64,000 nucleotides of DNA from a candidate division TA06 bacterium SM23_40 (GTDB lineage Bacteria; LJUI01; SM1-40): the NCBI GenBank assembly GCA_001303705.1, contig LJUI01000001.1, positions 11,320-75,319 of the forward strand, in the 5' to 3' direction. The first letter of the stretch is position 1; each line of letters begins with the position of its first letter. Shown in pieces: positions 7,423 to 16,768 of this stretch. Under the pieces are notes generated by a model that searched no databases, was not told where the DNA came from, and saw nothing but the letters and a program-made list of their open reading frames with translations. The position numbers were made by a program, and so were the translations under genes.

Positions 7423-10410
7423 TCAGAATTCCGGTCCGAGGCTGACATAGTGCCGGGGCCTTGTCGTCTCCCGGAGGTTGCTAGCCCAACCGACATCATA
7501 GCGAATTACGAGAAACGACAGCCGGACCCGCACACCCGCGCCAAACCCGAGCCGAAGATCCACAAGTTCCGGCTCACCACTCGTGTCTCGCCAGAGCTCA
7601 AAGTCCTCATCTTCTTCGTACACCGCCCCGAGATCGACGAAGGTTGCACCACGGACACTGCGTAGCTCCACCGGCAGAGGGAATGCCACCAGAAAATGGT
7701 CTACAAATGGAAAGCGGAGCTCGGCAGTCGCCAGCCCGACCCTGGTTCCGAAGAGAGAATCTCCTAACGTGTATCCCCTCAGTGTCTCGTTGCCGCCAAG
7801 CCAGAACCGCTCCCGGTCGCGCCCCATGCTCCCTGCACCCAACAGGCGGAGGGCAAGGGTGTGGCGCTGGCCGAGTCGCAGGTATCGCCGACAATCGAAA
7901 TACCCCGTCGTGAACTTCAGATCGGACCCCAGCTCGGGGAGCGACCTCGCCGCGGAGAAGATACAGCGGCTTCCGTTGACAGGGCCGGTCACGCCCCAGA
8001 GTGCATTGTCTTGCACGAACGAGATCGCCGGCAGGAGGACAAATGCCCGTGATCTCGTGCGCACGGCCTCGATGTCGTAATATCCTCTCTGCACGAAGGT
8101 AATCGAGTCCTCCTGAATGACATATCCGTCAAGTGAGAAATCGAGGCGATGGTACCGGCTGAACGGATACCGCGCGAGTGCACTGGCTCCGAACGTCCGG
8201 AGGGCGATCAGACCATCGCCGGAGAAGTAGTAATAGCGCTGCTGATAGACGGCAGCACCCCAGTCTATCCTTCGAGGCAGATAATAGTACGCGAGCACGA
8301 AATTGGATTCCGTGATGTTGCTGAACAGGTCAGACTCGAAGTAGATCCTGTGATTTCCCAGGATATCGCTGAACGAAAGACCTGTCTGGCCGGCGAAGCC
8401 GTAACCGGTCGAGTACTGTAACCCGCCTGTAATCCAGTCCGGCGTGAACCTGATCCGGTACTTCTCGACCTCGGGACGCTCCTCCTCGTCTACTCCTGGT
8501 AAGCTCTCTTCTGTCTCACCCAGGACCTCTGTCTCAGTGACATCACTCAGACCGGCCTCTTCTCCCGGCTCATCTGCTTCCTCAGAGTATAGAGCCTCGT
8601 GTACGTCGGCCATCTCTGTGAGCTCGGTTCCACCTGCATCGGCAACGGTGCTCTCAGTGGGGACACGCGTGAGATTCTCAACCGGGTCTTTAACCGTGAA
8701 GATGTCCCACCCTCGCTCGCCATAGATGGCCATAGCCATTCGTTTCCCATCGGCCGACCACGACGGAGTGTATACGCCCCCGACCAGGTCAGTCACACGT
8801 GCCTCGGTCGAATCGGAGAGATCGTAGAGGTGTAGATTTCTGGTGCCGCTCGCATCGGAGACATATATGAGCTTCGTTCCCTCTTCGGACCAGCAGGGCC
8901 GACTCGCCTGGGAACCTCGAGCAGTCAGGCGACGGATCTCACCGCCGGGCCGCACAGGGCTGAGCACGAATGCGGCATACTGTCCGAATACCGCATCCTC
9001 ACTCTCCCCATCTGTTCTGTCCGATACAAAGGCGAGCTGATTGCCGTCAGGATTCCATGCGGGATCGCGGTCGTCGAACTGGTCATCCGTCAAGCGGGTC
9101 ACTGAGCGATCACCAAGGCTCACAAGATAGAGATCCTGCCTCCCATTCATGAGTCCGGCGAACGCAATTGCGGAGCCATCTGGCGACCATGCGGGAGAGG
9201 AACAGGCATCGAGATCGACATCGATTCGATCGATGAGCCTTCCACTTTGCGCTTCGATGATATAGATATAGTCCTTCCCGCCACTCTTCCCAACCACCGC
9301 AATCCTCTGCCCGTCAGACGTCCACGATATGGCGCTCTCCATGGCGTGGAGGGATTCAAATCCTGCCGACCTCTCTCCCTTCACCAACCGCCTCAACACC
9401 CGGCCGTCGATAGCCGATATCAGCAGGAGATCAGTGTACTCGTTCCGATTCGAGAAGAACGCTATCTTGTCGCCCTCAGGTGAAACGGCGGGACTCAGGT
9501 TTATGAACGAACCGTCGACCCTGTGATCGGTGAGCCGATGGGCCTCACTCGGCGCTTCATCTCTGCTGCCGAACTCCGGCCAGAACGTCCGCTTCATCTG
9601 CTTCGACCACTCCTCGCTCAGCTCAGCAGCCCCCTTACCGATAACCGCCATCAGGGCTCCATCCATCTCCTGTCTCATCCTGACCTGGTGCAGTATTTCG
9701 CCCACCTTCTGGCGACCGTACGACTGAGCCACGTACCGGATGACCGACTCCCCCTCCTTATATACAATGAACGAGCCTCCGTAGAACTCGAGCCTATCGA
9801 TCGGAATCAACGCGTCGTAGATTGCGGCGTCCCTGAGGATCATATTCGTCTCTGTAAGGGACTCAATAGACTGGAACTCGGCCACGCCCTCCATGAGCCA
9901 CAGCGGCGGCTGATAGAAGTACTGTCTCGACAACAGGGATCCGAAGGCATCCCCGTACAACAGATCGAACTGGAAGGCGTGAGTCAGCTCGTGTACTATG
10001 ACGTGACGGAAATCTTCATAAGAGCCGTTGAACGGCACGACAACCCTCGTCTTGAATATCTCGGTAAATCCGCCCACGGACTCCTCGATCAACTCGGTGA
10101 TGACATTAGTCTGCTCGAAGTGACTGTGACACCTGTAGATGATTACAGGAAATTGACGCGATGGTGAGTGCTGGAGATCCTTCTCCAGCCGGTCATACGC
10201 CGCTTCGGCAATGTCGGCCACGTACTGTACCAGCTCCTCCGCACCCTCATAAAAGTAGATGTCGAAGTGCTCAGTGTGTCTGATCGACCACTCGAAGCCC
10301 CGATACTGGACCTTATTCTGGCCGTATATCTGGGCTTCAGAACCGGATATCCAGATCGCGATGACTGCCGCCAGGGCGAGTCCACATACGACCGAGCCCG
10401 TGCTCCTCAT
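7423..10410 (-). CDS. outer-membrane fusion protein: HExxH peptidase-like domain + TolB-like beta-propeller repeats + Omp85/BamA-type barrel
   Basis: 995 aa with a signal peptide. Contains VIVHELTHAFQFD (HExxH). Has repeated WSPDG/WNPDG/WSADG propeller motifs (AWSPDGSAIAF, AWNPDGNQLAF, SWSADGKRMAM). An acidic linker is followed by a C-terminal ~330 aa of beta-barrel-like sequence ending YVSLGPEF. Confidence 0.75.
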   Translation of the reverse strand: MRSTGSVVCGLALAAVIAIWISGSEAQIYGQNKVQYRGFEWSIRHTEHFDIYFYEGAEELVQYVADIAEAAYDRLEKDLQHSPSRQFPVIIYRCHSHFEQTNVITELIEESVGGFTEIFKTRVVVPFNGSYEDFRHVIVHELTHAFQFDLLYGDAFGSLLSRQYFYQPPLWLMEGVAEFQSIESLTETNMILRDAAIYDALIPIDRLEFYGGSFIVYKEGESVIRYVAQSYGRQKVGEILHQVRMRQEMDGALMAVIGKGAAELSEEWSKQMKRTFWPEFGSRDEAPSEAHRLTDHRVDGSFINLSPAVSPEGDKIAFFSNRNEYTDLLLISAIDGRVLRRLVKGERSAGFESLHAMESAISWTSDGQRIAVVGKSGGKDYIYIIEAQSGRLIDRIDVDLDACSSPAWSPDGSAIAFAGLMNGRQDLYLVSLGDRSVTRLTDDQFDDRDPAWNPDGNQLAFVSDRTDGESEDAVFGQYAAFVLSPVRPGGEIRRLTARGSQASRPCWSEEGTKLIYVSDASGTRNLHLYDLSDSTEARVTDLVGGVYTPSWSADGKRMAMAIYGERGWDIFTVKDPVENLTRVPTESTVADAGGTELTEMADVHEALYSEEADEPGEEAGLSDVTETEVLGETEESLPGVDEEERPEVEKYRIRFTPDWITGGLQYSTGYGFAGQTGLSFSDILGNHRIYFESDLFSNITESNFVLAYYYLPRRIDWGAAVYQQRYYYFSGDGLIALRTFGASALARYPFSRYHRLDFSLDGYVIQEDSITFVQRGYYDIEAVRTRSRAFVLLPAISFVQDNALWGVTGPVNGSRCIFSAARSLPELGSDLKFTTGYFDCRRYLRLGQRHTLALRLLGAGSMGRDRERFWLGGNETLRGYTLGDSLFGTRVGLATAELRFPFVDHFLVAFPLPVELRSVRGATFVDLGAVYEEDEDFELWRDTSGEPELVDLRLGFGAGVRVRLSFLVIRYDVGWASNLRETTRPRHYVSLGPEF

Positions 10411-10844
10411 ATCAGTCTCCCAACAATGAAACCTACGATGATACCAACCAGGAATGCGCTCACCAGGATCCGCGTCTTCAGAACGTCGACCTTATACCCC
10501 CTTTTGATAGCGAGGAATGTGACGAGGTACGCGATCCCGTTAACCAGGAGAAAGAAGGGAAGTGTGACTATGTTGACGATGAGCGGTCCGACCAACGGCA
10601 CCGCCCCGACGAGAATGAGGAGGCCGGAAAATGCCTGCGTCAGGAGGCCGGCCACCACGACCCCGATGGCGATTACCTTCTTATCGAGGCCGCTCAACAA
10701 GCCAACGGTTATGAACGCCGCGATCAGAAGCCATACGGCGATAACCTTCCCGAATCTCTTGAAGAATGGTTTCAGACCAGCGAACATCGAACGCTTCCCG
10801 AAACGAGAGTCATGCGGGATGAGAGAAACAGCCCAGGCCACCAC
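10407..10844 (-). CDS. small multi-pass membrane protein, unknown function
   Basis: Four hydrophobic helices (VIAVWLLIAAFITVGLL, IGVVVAGLLTQAFSGLLILVGAV, IAYLVTFLAI, LVSAFLVGIIVGFIVG). Its stop overlaps the start of the 995-aa gene by 4 nt. The likely true start is the internal MFAGLKPFF at 10787. Confidence 0.55.
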   Translation of the reverse strand: MVAWAVSLIPHDSRFGKRSMFAGLKPFFKRFGKVIAVWLLIAAFITVGLLSGLDKKVIAIGVVVAGLLTQAFSGLLILVGAVPLVGPLIVNIVTLPFFLLVNGIAYLVTFLAIKRGYKVDVLKTRILVSAFLVGIIVGFIVGRLI

Positions 10845-10955
10845 GGCCTGGGCGATTTCCGCTCCACTCGCGGGATGAAGTCACGAAGTTGGGTCCGCCT
10901 CCATCCCTCAGCAATCACACCACTGCCTTGCCAGTGTGGCGCCGCATCGGGCACG

Positions 10956-11312
10956 CTACCCCTCTAGCAACGCTTCGAGTTTGGCAACGATCTCAGCTTT
11001 CGGCTTCGCCCCCACAGCTTGATCGACAACTTTCCCATCCTTGAAGAACAAGACAGTGGGGATTGACCGAATCATGTAGCGCGCCGCGGTCGACTGATTG
11101 GCGTCTACATCGAGCTTTCCTACCTTCACCTTGCCCGAGTACTCCTGTGATACCTCCTCGAGAACCGGGACTATGAATTTGCAGGGCACACACCACTCTG
11201 CCCAGAAATCCACGACTACCGGCGTGTCAGCTTTCAGTACCTGCTCATCGAAATCGGCGTCTGAGAAGTCTAAGATGTTCGCGCTACCCAACTTCGCTCT
11301 CACCCCCTTCAC
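10956..11312 (-). CDS. trxA: thioredoxin (active site WCVPC)
   Basis: VVVDFWAEWCVPCKFIVPVLEEVSQEYSGKVKVGKLDVDANQSTAARYMIRSIPTVLFFKDGKVV is a classic thioredoxin fold sequence. GTG start; the true start may be a few codons downstream. Confidence 0.9.
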   Translation of the reverse strand: MKGVRAKLGSANILDFSDADFDEQVLKADTPVVVDFWAEWCVPCKFIVPVLEEVSQEYSGKVKVGKLDVDANQSTAARYMIRSIPTVLFFKDGKVVDQAVGAKPKAEIVAKLEALLEG

Positions 11313-11342
11313 GATTCGCTGTTCACACCCCCCGTCTTCTAA

Positions 11343-11371
11343 ATCTTAGTAGAGCCTACGAGCCGTGTCAA
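11343..11371 (-). promoter_or_regulatory. candidate sigma70-type promoter for trxA (TTGACA-N17-TAAGAT)
   Basis: Minus strand reads TTGACA cggctcgtaggctctac TAAGAT. The -10 element ends ~30 nt upstream of the annotated trx start. Confidence 0.35.
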
Positions 11372-11598
11372 CATATTTTTCGCCCGCCAGCCACAACGGG
11401 CGAAATCCTGTCATTTCGGGGAGTGCGTGCGGCCGTATGAGCCGTTGAGTGGGGCCCGACTCCCCCATCTCTGAGTGCACGGGGACAGCAAATTAGGCCC
11501 CTGTCTCCTCATCAACAAGCCGGATCGAGGACCAACGATGGCCGGGGGAGTAGGTCGAAGATGGCGGTCTCTTATGCGAGCTGCTGTACCAGATAACC

Positions 11599-12849
11599 CT
11601 AGGACAGTGTGGAGTCCGATGCTTCCAGGGAAAGCGAGATACGTATGGTCGTCCCTTTCCCCTCAGAACTCTCGACTCCTATCGATCCTCCGTGATCCTT
11701 GACGATCTTGTAGGCCTCGGAGAGTCCGACCCCTGTACCTCTGCCCGGGTCTCTCGTGGTGAAGAAAGGCTCAAACACACGACTACGTATGTCCTCCGGG
11801 ATGCCGACCCCGGTGTCCCGGAAGGCGATGTGAACCTCCCCTTTCTTCGATCTTGTCTCTATCGTTAGCTCTCCGCCTCCCGGCATAGCCTGACTCGCGT
11901 TCCTGATAATGGCGGCGAACGCACGCATGAGCTGCGACTCGTTCGCAGCCATCTCGGGCAGTTCTGGTGATAGATCGAGCGTCAGCAATATGTCGTTATC
12001 GTCCAGTTCGTGTCCGAAAAGGGACAGGGTCCGCTCTATTGCCACATTGACATTGCACGGACCGTATTTGTCCACACGGGATCTTGAATAGAGAGACAGA
12101 TTGTCGAGTGTATCCACCGTTCGTGCGGCCTCGTACTGGATAATCTCCAGAGAGTCTACCACCTCCCTTGGCAAATCCAGCTCTTTTGCTTTCCGCAGCA
12201 ATAGCTGAGTTCTTCCCATGACCGTTGTTAGCGGATTGGCGATCTCGTGTGTGACTCCAGCGGCAAGCTGGTAGATGCCGAGCATTTTCTCCGACTCCAC
12301 AAGCTGCGCCTGCAGGGATTTCCGGCCAGCGATCTCCTGCTGCAGTTCCATATTGTTCTGCTCCAGTCGGACATTCATTCCGCGCAGTTCCTCAAGTAGT
12401 CGTCGATTCTCGAACACAAGTCGCTGCTTCTCCAATGCCCTGCCTATCGAACTCCTCGCACCTGGGATGTCGATCGGCTTGAGGATGTAGCCCTCAGCTC
12501 CGAGATTGATGGCATCGACCGAAGACTCAAGAGACGCGTGGCCTGTTACGACCATTACGATCGTGTCAGGACTCGTGCCCTTGATCTGGGTGAGCAAATC
12601 GAGACCATCCACGCCGGGGAGTCTGAGGTCGATCAACGCGAGATGATAGAACTGCCGTGCTACCAGTTCCCGCGCGGCTGACGCCTCACCCACGGCGTCA
12701 ACCTCATATCCTTCCATCTCCAAGATGTCCGCCAACGTCTCTCGCATACCCTTGTCATCATCCACAACCAACAGGCGCGCGCTCTCATCATCGGCGCGAT
12801 CCAGAGTCGAGACTCGGCTGGACTCTTTCGTTTGGTTCTCCACAGTCAT
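11599..12849 (-). CDS. hybrid response-regulator/histidine kinase (REC - coiled coil - HisKA - HATPase)
   Basis: REC domain: [25 protein letters not shown]...[14 protein letters not shown]-box [13 protein letters not shown]-lid [16 protein letters not shown]. Confidence 0.85.
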   Translation of the reverse strand: MTVENQTKESSRVSTLDRADDESARLLVVDDDKGMRETLADILEMEGYEVDAVGEASAARELVARQFYHLALIDLRLPGVDGLDLLTQIKGTSPDTIVMVVTGHASLESSVDAINLGAEGYILKPIDIPGARSSIGRALEKQRLVFENRRLLEELRGMNVRLEQNNMELQQEIAGRKSLQAQLVESEKMLGIYQLAAGVTHEIANPLTTVMGRTQLLLRKAKELDLPREVVDSLEIIQYEAARTVDTLDNLSLYSRSRVDKYGPCNVNVAIERTLSLFGHELDDNDILLTLDLSPELPEMAANESQLMRAFAAIIRNASQAMPGGGELTIETRSKKGEVHIAFRDTGVGIPEDIRSRVFEPFFTTRDPGRGTGVGLSEAYKIVKDHGGSIGVESSEGKGTTIRISLSLEASDSTLS

Positions 12850-13232
12850 ACGGCAACTGGCCTCGGTTCAGTGGTGACTTTTCTAATAGTGTTGAGTAGA
12901 TCCCCGAGATCGAGGGGCTTGTATGCCACTCCTATCGCTCCTTCCCGAAGTGCCTCCTCCAGCCTGTCATCGACCGCGTAGGCAGTCATCATGAGGACTT
13001 TCACGTTCCCTTTCATCTGGTTAAGGCACTTCAGTGTGTCAACACCGTTCATCCCCGGCATTTTGACATCCATCAGCACAAGGTCGAACTGTTGTCTTCT
13101 GAAGAGCTGTACCGCTTCTTCACCGCTCTTTGCGATCGCCACCTCATGTCCCTTGTCGAGTAGGACATCTGCCAAGGTCTCGCACATACCTTCATCGTCA
13201 TCGACGATGAGGACGCTAAACGGACGCTCCAT
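12846..13232 (-). CDS. single-domain CheY-like response regulator
   Basis: MERPFSVLIVDDDEGMCETLADVLLDKGHEV...LVLMDVKMPGMNG...MMTAY. Start moved to the ATG at 13232 because AAGGAGGAA lies just upstream (track ORF extends to 13265). 4-nt overlap with the downstream kinase. Confidence 0.85.
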   Translation of the reverse strand: MERPFSVLIVDDDEGMCETLADVLLDKGHEVAIAKSGEEAVQLFRRQQFDLVLMDVKMPGMNGVDTLKCLNQMKGNVKVLMMTAYAVDDRLEEALREGAIGVAYKPLDLGDLLNTIRKVTTEPRPVAV

Positions 13233-13626
13233 GAGGTTCCTCCTTCCCTTCTGGCATCTGCACACTCTCGCCCTGCAGAACTTCCTGAATCTTCCTCTTC
13301 ATGTCTTCTACATCGACCGGCTTCACGAGGTACCCACTTATGTTCGACGTGGCGAGTGCGAAGTCGTCCTCCATGTGACGGAAGGCCGTACAGATGATGA
13401 CCGGAAGGTGCTCATCCTGTTCCCTGATCTTCTCAAGAACCTCTATACCATGAAGGCCCGGCATCTTGATGTCGAGGATTACCAGATCCGGCTTCTCTCG
13501 GAAGATCTTCTGCAGCGCCTCATGACCACTCACCGCGGTCATCACCTGATATCCGGCATCGCTCAGCGCTTCGTAGAACAGAAGCCTCACATTCGGTTCA
13601 TCATCGGCAATGAGTATCTTCTTCAT
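13216..13626 (-). CDS. single-domain CheY-like response regulator
   Basis: MKKILIADDEPNVRLLFYEALSDAGYQV...LVILDIKMPGLHGIEVL...VIICTAF. Confidence 0.9.
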   Translation of the reverse strand: MKKILIADDEPNVRLLFYEALSDAGYQVMTAVSGHEALQKIFREKPDLVILDIKMPGLHGIEVLEKIREQDEHLPVIICTAFRHMEDDFALATSNISGYLVKPVDVEDMKRKIQEVLQGESVQMPEGKEEPHGASV

Positions 13627-13643
13627 TAGCAGCCTCTCTGGTC

Positions 13644-15458
13644 TCAGGTCTCGTCTCGCTCTCTTCCCTCCGCCAACACGCCCCGAAACGTGACTCTCTC
13701 ACTCGCCTTCTCTGCATCGGGGACCTCGCTGTGCCCATTCGTCTCCCCGACGCTCATGCCAGCACCTATGTCAGCAGCGCCAGTCATCACTTTCCTATCT
13801 TTCAACCCAGAGACTGGCAACGTCACCACGAATCGCGCCCCTCTTCCAACCCCCTTTCGGACCTCGAGGACACCGCGGTGATTCTCCACGATCGCTTTTG
13901 CCACCGACAGCCCGAGGCCGATCCCCCGCGCCTTTGTGCTGAACAAGGGCTCGAAGATCTTACTTTCTATTTCCCGTGAGATCCCGGATCCCGTATCGTC
14001 GAATGCGATCTCCACCGCGCTTACATCGCGCTCCTCGATCTCATCACGGAGCCAGGAGGACCTCGTCGATATCGCAAGCGTTCCCGTACCTTCCATTGCC
14101 TGGTCGGCGTTCTTGATGATGCTAACAAAGACCCGCTCCACCTGACCTTGGTCGATTTCAACGACCGGCAGGTCTCCGCTCAGATTAAGGGTGATTCTCA
14201 CTCCTGTTGAGAGTTCGGCACGCTCTACCGACCGCCTGACGAGCGCATTGAGATCACTCGGCCTCTTCTTCGGCTCGCTCAGTCGCGAGAATGTGAGGAG
14301 GCCGGTGACAATCGTGTTCGCCATCTCGACCTCCTGATCGATCAGGTCGAGATGCCGTTTGATTTTCTCGTCAGCGTCGATACGCGATTCGATGAAGAAC
14401 TTCGAGTTGCGGATCACCCCCAGGGGGTTCCTCAGTTCGTGGGCCAGGCTCCCGGCGAAGTGTCCGACGGTAGCCCACCGTTCGGACTGTACCAGACGGC
14501 GTTGCCATTCCTGGAGCCGATCAAGCATCTGATTGAAGGATTGTGCGAGGTCCCCGATCTCATCACCGCCGGCGATATGAACTCGGCGCGATAGATCTCC
14601 TCCGCGAATGTCTTCTGCCGCTTCGGCCAGTTCCTTGAGCGGGCTGAGAACCAGACGGATAAAGGTGAGGGTCAGAAGGACGCCCACAACGATCACTCCA
14701 AGCGTGAACGCCGCGGTTGTCCTCTTGATCCTCCCGATCAGACCTGATAGCTCCCGGCGCGAAAGTCCCAGCTGTAGCGTACCGATCTGTTCTGAGACGG
14801 TCAGTTCCTCACCCAATCCTTCTCCCTGGAGAGCTCGGTCAGGGGGACCGGCAAGTGCGATCTCATCTGACCGTCCCGATGTCCACAGCGCAACCGAGTC
14901 CGGGGATCGCGAACCTAAGGAAGGTCTCAGGGGGCCCACATACCCGAACTCGAGCTCCTCGCGGGCCAGGGGCCTGAGAGCCACCATGATCGGAACGGAT
15001 ATCTCGTACAGTTCCTCCCCATCTTCTGTGAGCCCCCCACCACGTACTACTGCCGTACCCACCTCGATACGCGGCGTCTCATCGAACGCCTGTGAGGCCG
15101 GGCAATGCGGCGCGGGCGATTCCCCGCAGGCACACGAGGGATCCTCACAAACACATGACGCCACACCGCCGTCGGCATCCAGCAAGCGGACATAGATATG
15201 AGACTCACTGCTGATGAGCGTCCTAAAATGATCCTCAAGGGAAGATAGATTTCTGGTCAGGAGCGCGTAGTCTGACTCGTCGGCGAGATGCTGGGCAAGT
15301 ACCGCGCCGTCTTCAATGTACCGCCGGAACATCTGCCTCGAAGCCAGCTGTATGAAGGCGATGCTGAGCGACACTGAGGTCATCACTACAAGAAGAGAGA
15401 CCAATATGCTCGCCTTGCCCGTAAGGGTGAAGCGGAATCGAGGTCTTCCTTGTATCAT
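13644..15458 (-). CDS. sensor histidine kinase (2 TM, ~200-aa periplasmic domain, HAMP, HisKA, HATPase)
   Basis: TM1 ASILVSLLVVMTSVSLSIAFIQLA; TM2 AAFTLGVIVVGVLLTLTFIRLVL. HAMP: IRGGDLSRRVHIAGGDEIGDLAQSFNQMLDRL. H-box SLAHELRNPL. ATP-lid FSTKARGIGLGLS. Confidence 0.9.
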   Translation of the reverse strand: MIQGRPRFRFTLTGKASILVSLLVVMTSVSLSIAFIQLASRQMFRRYIEDGAVLAQHLADESDYALLTRNLSSLEDHFRTLISSESHIYVRLLDADGGVASCVCEDPSCACGESPAPHCPASQAFDETPRIEVGTAVVRGGGLTEDGEELYEISVPIMVALRPLAREELEFGYVGPLRPSLGSRSPDSVALWTSGRSDEIALAGPPDRALQGEGLGEELTVSEQIGTLQLGLSRRELSGLIGRIKRTTAAFTLGVIVVGVLLTLTFIRLVLSPLKELAEAAEDIRGGDLSRRVHIAGGDEIGDLAQSFNQMLDRLQEWQRRLVQSERWATVGHFAGSLAHELRNPLGVIRNSKFFIESRIDADEKIKRHLDLIDQEVEMANTIVTGLLTFSRLSEPKKRPSDLNALVRRSVERAELSTGVRITLNLSGDLPVVEIDQGQVERVFVSIIKNADQAMEGTGTLAISTRSSWLRDEIEERDVSAVEIAFDDTGSGISREIESKIFEPLFSTKARGIGLGLSVAKAIVENHRGVLEVRKGVGRGARFVVTLPVSGLKDRKVMTGAADIGAGMSVGETNGHSEVPDAEKASERVTFRGVLAEGRERDET

Positions 15459-15557
15459 GCCGCTACCTCGTGAAGATCACGCAAAGGCGTTCCTTCCCAT
15501 CGTTTCGGCGGAGGCCGGGCTCACCGCACTCGCGTTCTTCTCTCACAAGTGACTGGT

Positions 15558-16583
15558 TCAGGGAGATACCTGTTGTGCCTTTTCGAGCACTTCCTCAGGG
15601 ATGTCGATCCCAATCGCCTCCGCCGTCCTCAGATTGATCACATGCTGAACGATCTCGGGTCTCTCGATCGGTATCTCGCCGGGCGGCCTGCCCTCGAGTA
15701 TGTGTATCACCAACGTTCCGGCCTGGCGTCCAAGCCCCTCGTAGTCACAGGCCAAGGCCATCAACGCACCGGCATCGACATAGGGACGAGAGATCGCGAA
15801 TAGGGGCAGTCTCCACTTGAGGGTCTCCACGATGACGTACCGAGTTGACGCTTCAGTGTAGACCCTTCCATCGGCAACCATCCATAACACATCTGCGTCA
15901 CGAGTTATGCGCTCCATCGCAGCCGGGATATCCGTCGATTTTACGATTCGCTCGGCCACGAGCTCCATCCCCATATTTCCCGCAACCCGTTCCGCCTCAC
16001 CGACGACCTGACCAGTCTCAGTCTCATTGTAGAGGACGCCAATACGTCTCACCTTTCCGCCACAGACCGACCGTATGGCCTCAAACTGGTCTTCGATCGG
16101 AATGTCCATCGCGACACCGGTGATATTGCGGCCTGTTGGCCCCAAATGCTCGACCAGTCCGCTGGCCACAGGATTGAGGACCACAGAGAAGACGATCGGC
16201 ACCTCACTCGAAGAGGCGATTGCGGCCTCAGTAGCCACTGAACCGAGCGTCACTATTACGGATGGCGACTTCTCCAGTACTCCCGCCATCATGCGACGTC
16301 CTTCCTCAACGTCGCCTCTCAGCTCGTAGTCGACCACCCATAGGGGGAGGTCGTTCGATTTCTCCTCTATCTGTCGCCGCAGGCCCCTCAGGGCATTCTC
16401 GTACGGACCAAGCGCGCCGCTCTTGATCACCACTACGATGCTTGCGTCGCGATCGGCAGCGCCCGACACCATCATGCTTCCACTCAGGGCGATCGCTGCC
16501 GCCACCAACACCATAATCACCCGCTGCCCATCTACCCGATAGAACTGATACCGTTCAACTGCACCAGATGGATGCCGGATCAT
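15558..16583 (-). CDS. periplasmic ABC-type substrate-binding-like protein (ABC_sub_bind family, no cognate permease/ATPase nearby)
   Basis: Signal peptide if started at MVLVAAAIALSGSMMVSGA (16514). Pattern IVVVIKSG...VTLGSVATEAA...PIVFSVVLNPVASGLV...ITGV...RIGVLYNE... matches my memory of the PF04392-type binding proteins. Confidence 0.65.
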   Translation of the reverse strand: MIRHPSGAVERYQFYRVDGQRVIMVLVAAAIALSGSMMVSGAADRDASIVVVIKSGALGPYENALRGLRRQIEEKSNDLPLWVVDYELRGDVEEGRRMMAGVLEKSPSVIVTLGSVATEAAIASSSEVPIVFSVVLNPVASGLVEHLGPTGRNITGVAMDIPIEDQFEAIRSVCGGKVRRIGVLYNETETGQVVGEAERVAGNMGMELVAERIVKSTDIPAAMERITRDADVLWMVADGRVYTEASTRYVIVETLKWRLPLFAISRPYVDAGALMALACDYEGLGRQAGTLVIHILEGRPPGEIPIERPEIVQHVINLRTAEAIGIDIPEEVLEKAQQVSP

Positions 16584-16649
16584 CTGCTGTATCCCGGTGA
16601 TATGCCGTCCGCCACCTGCCTGGCAATCCCATCGGCATCTAGATATTCA

Positions 16650-16712
16650 CACATCCGTCACTCCGTTCTCCCACTCCGTGCTACGAACGAATTGCGATTC
16701 CACTGTGACAGG
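16650..16712 (-). repeat. short degenerate copy of the 3' end of the upstream TonB-dependent receptor gene
   Basis: 16-nt exact match tctcccactccgtgct (about 16667-16682 and 16951-16966). The intergenic copy translates TVESQFVRSTEWENGVTDV, against TLWSHFVSSTEWETGRVDD in the receptor. Confidence 0.4.
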
Positions 16713-16768
16713 GGCCAGAGACAACAGTCTTACTGGATGGACTTCGAGTTCGGTCGCTCGTCGACACC

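Noticed and set aside
11381-11418. Two adjacent hairpins (CGCCCG-N10-CGGGCG and CGAAAT-N6-ATTTCG) between the hybrid kinase and trxA
   Set aside because: On the transcribed (minus) strand they are followed by an A-run, not a U-run. They are short and cannot be called a terminator for the kinase operon with any confidence.
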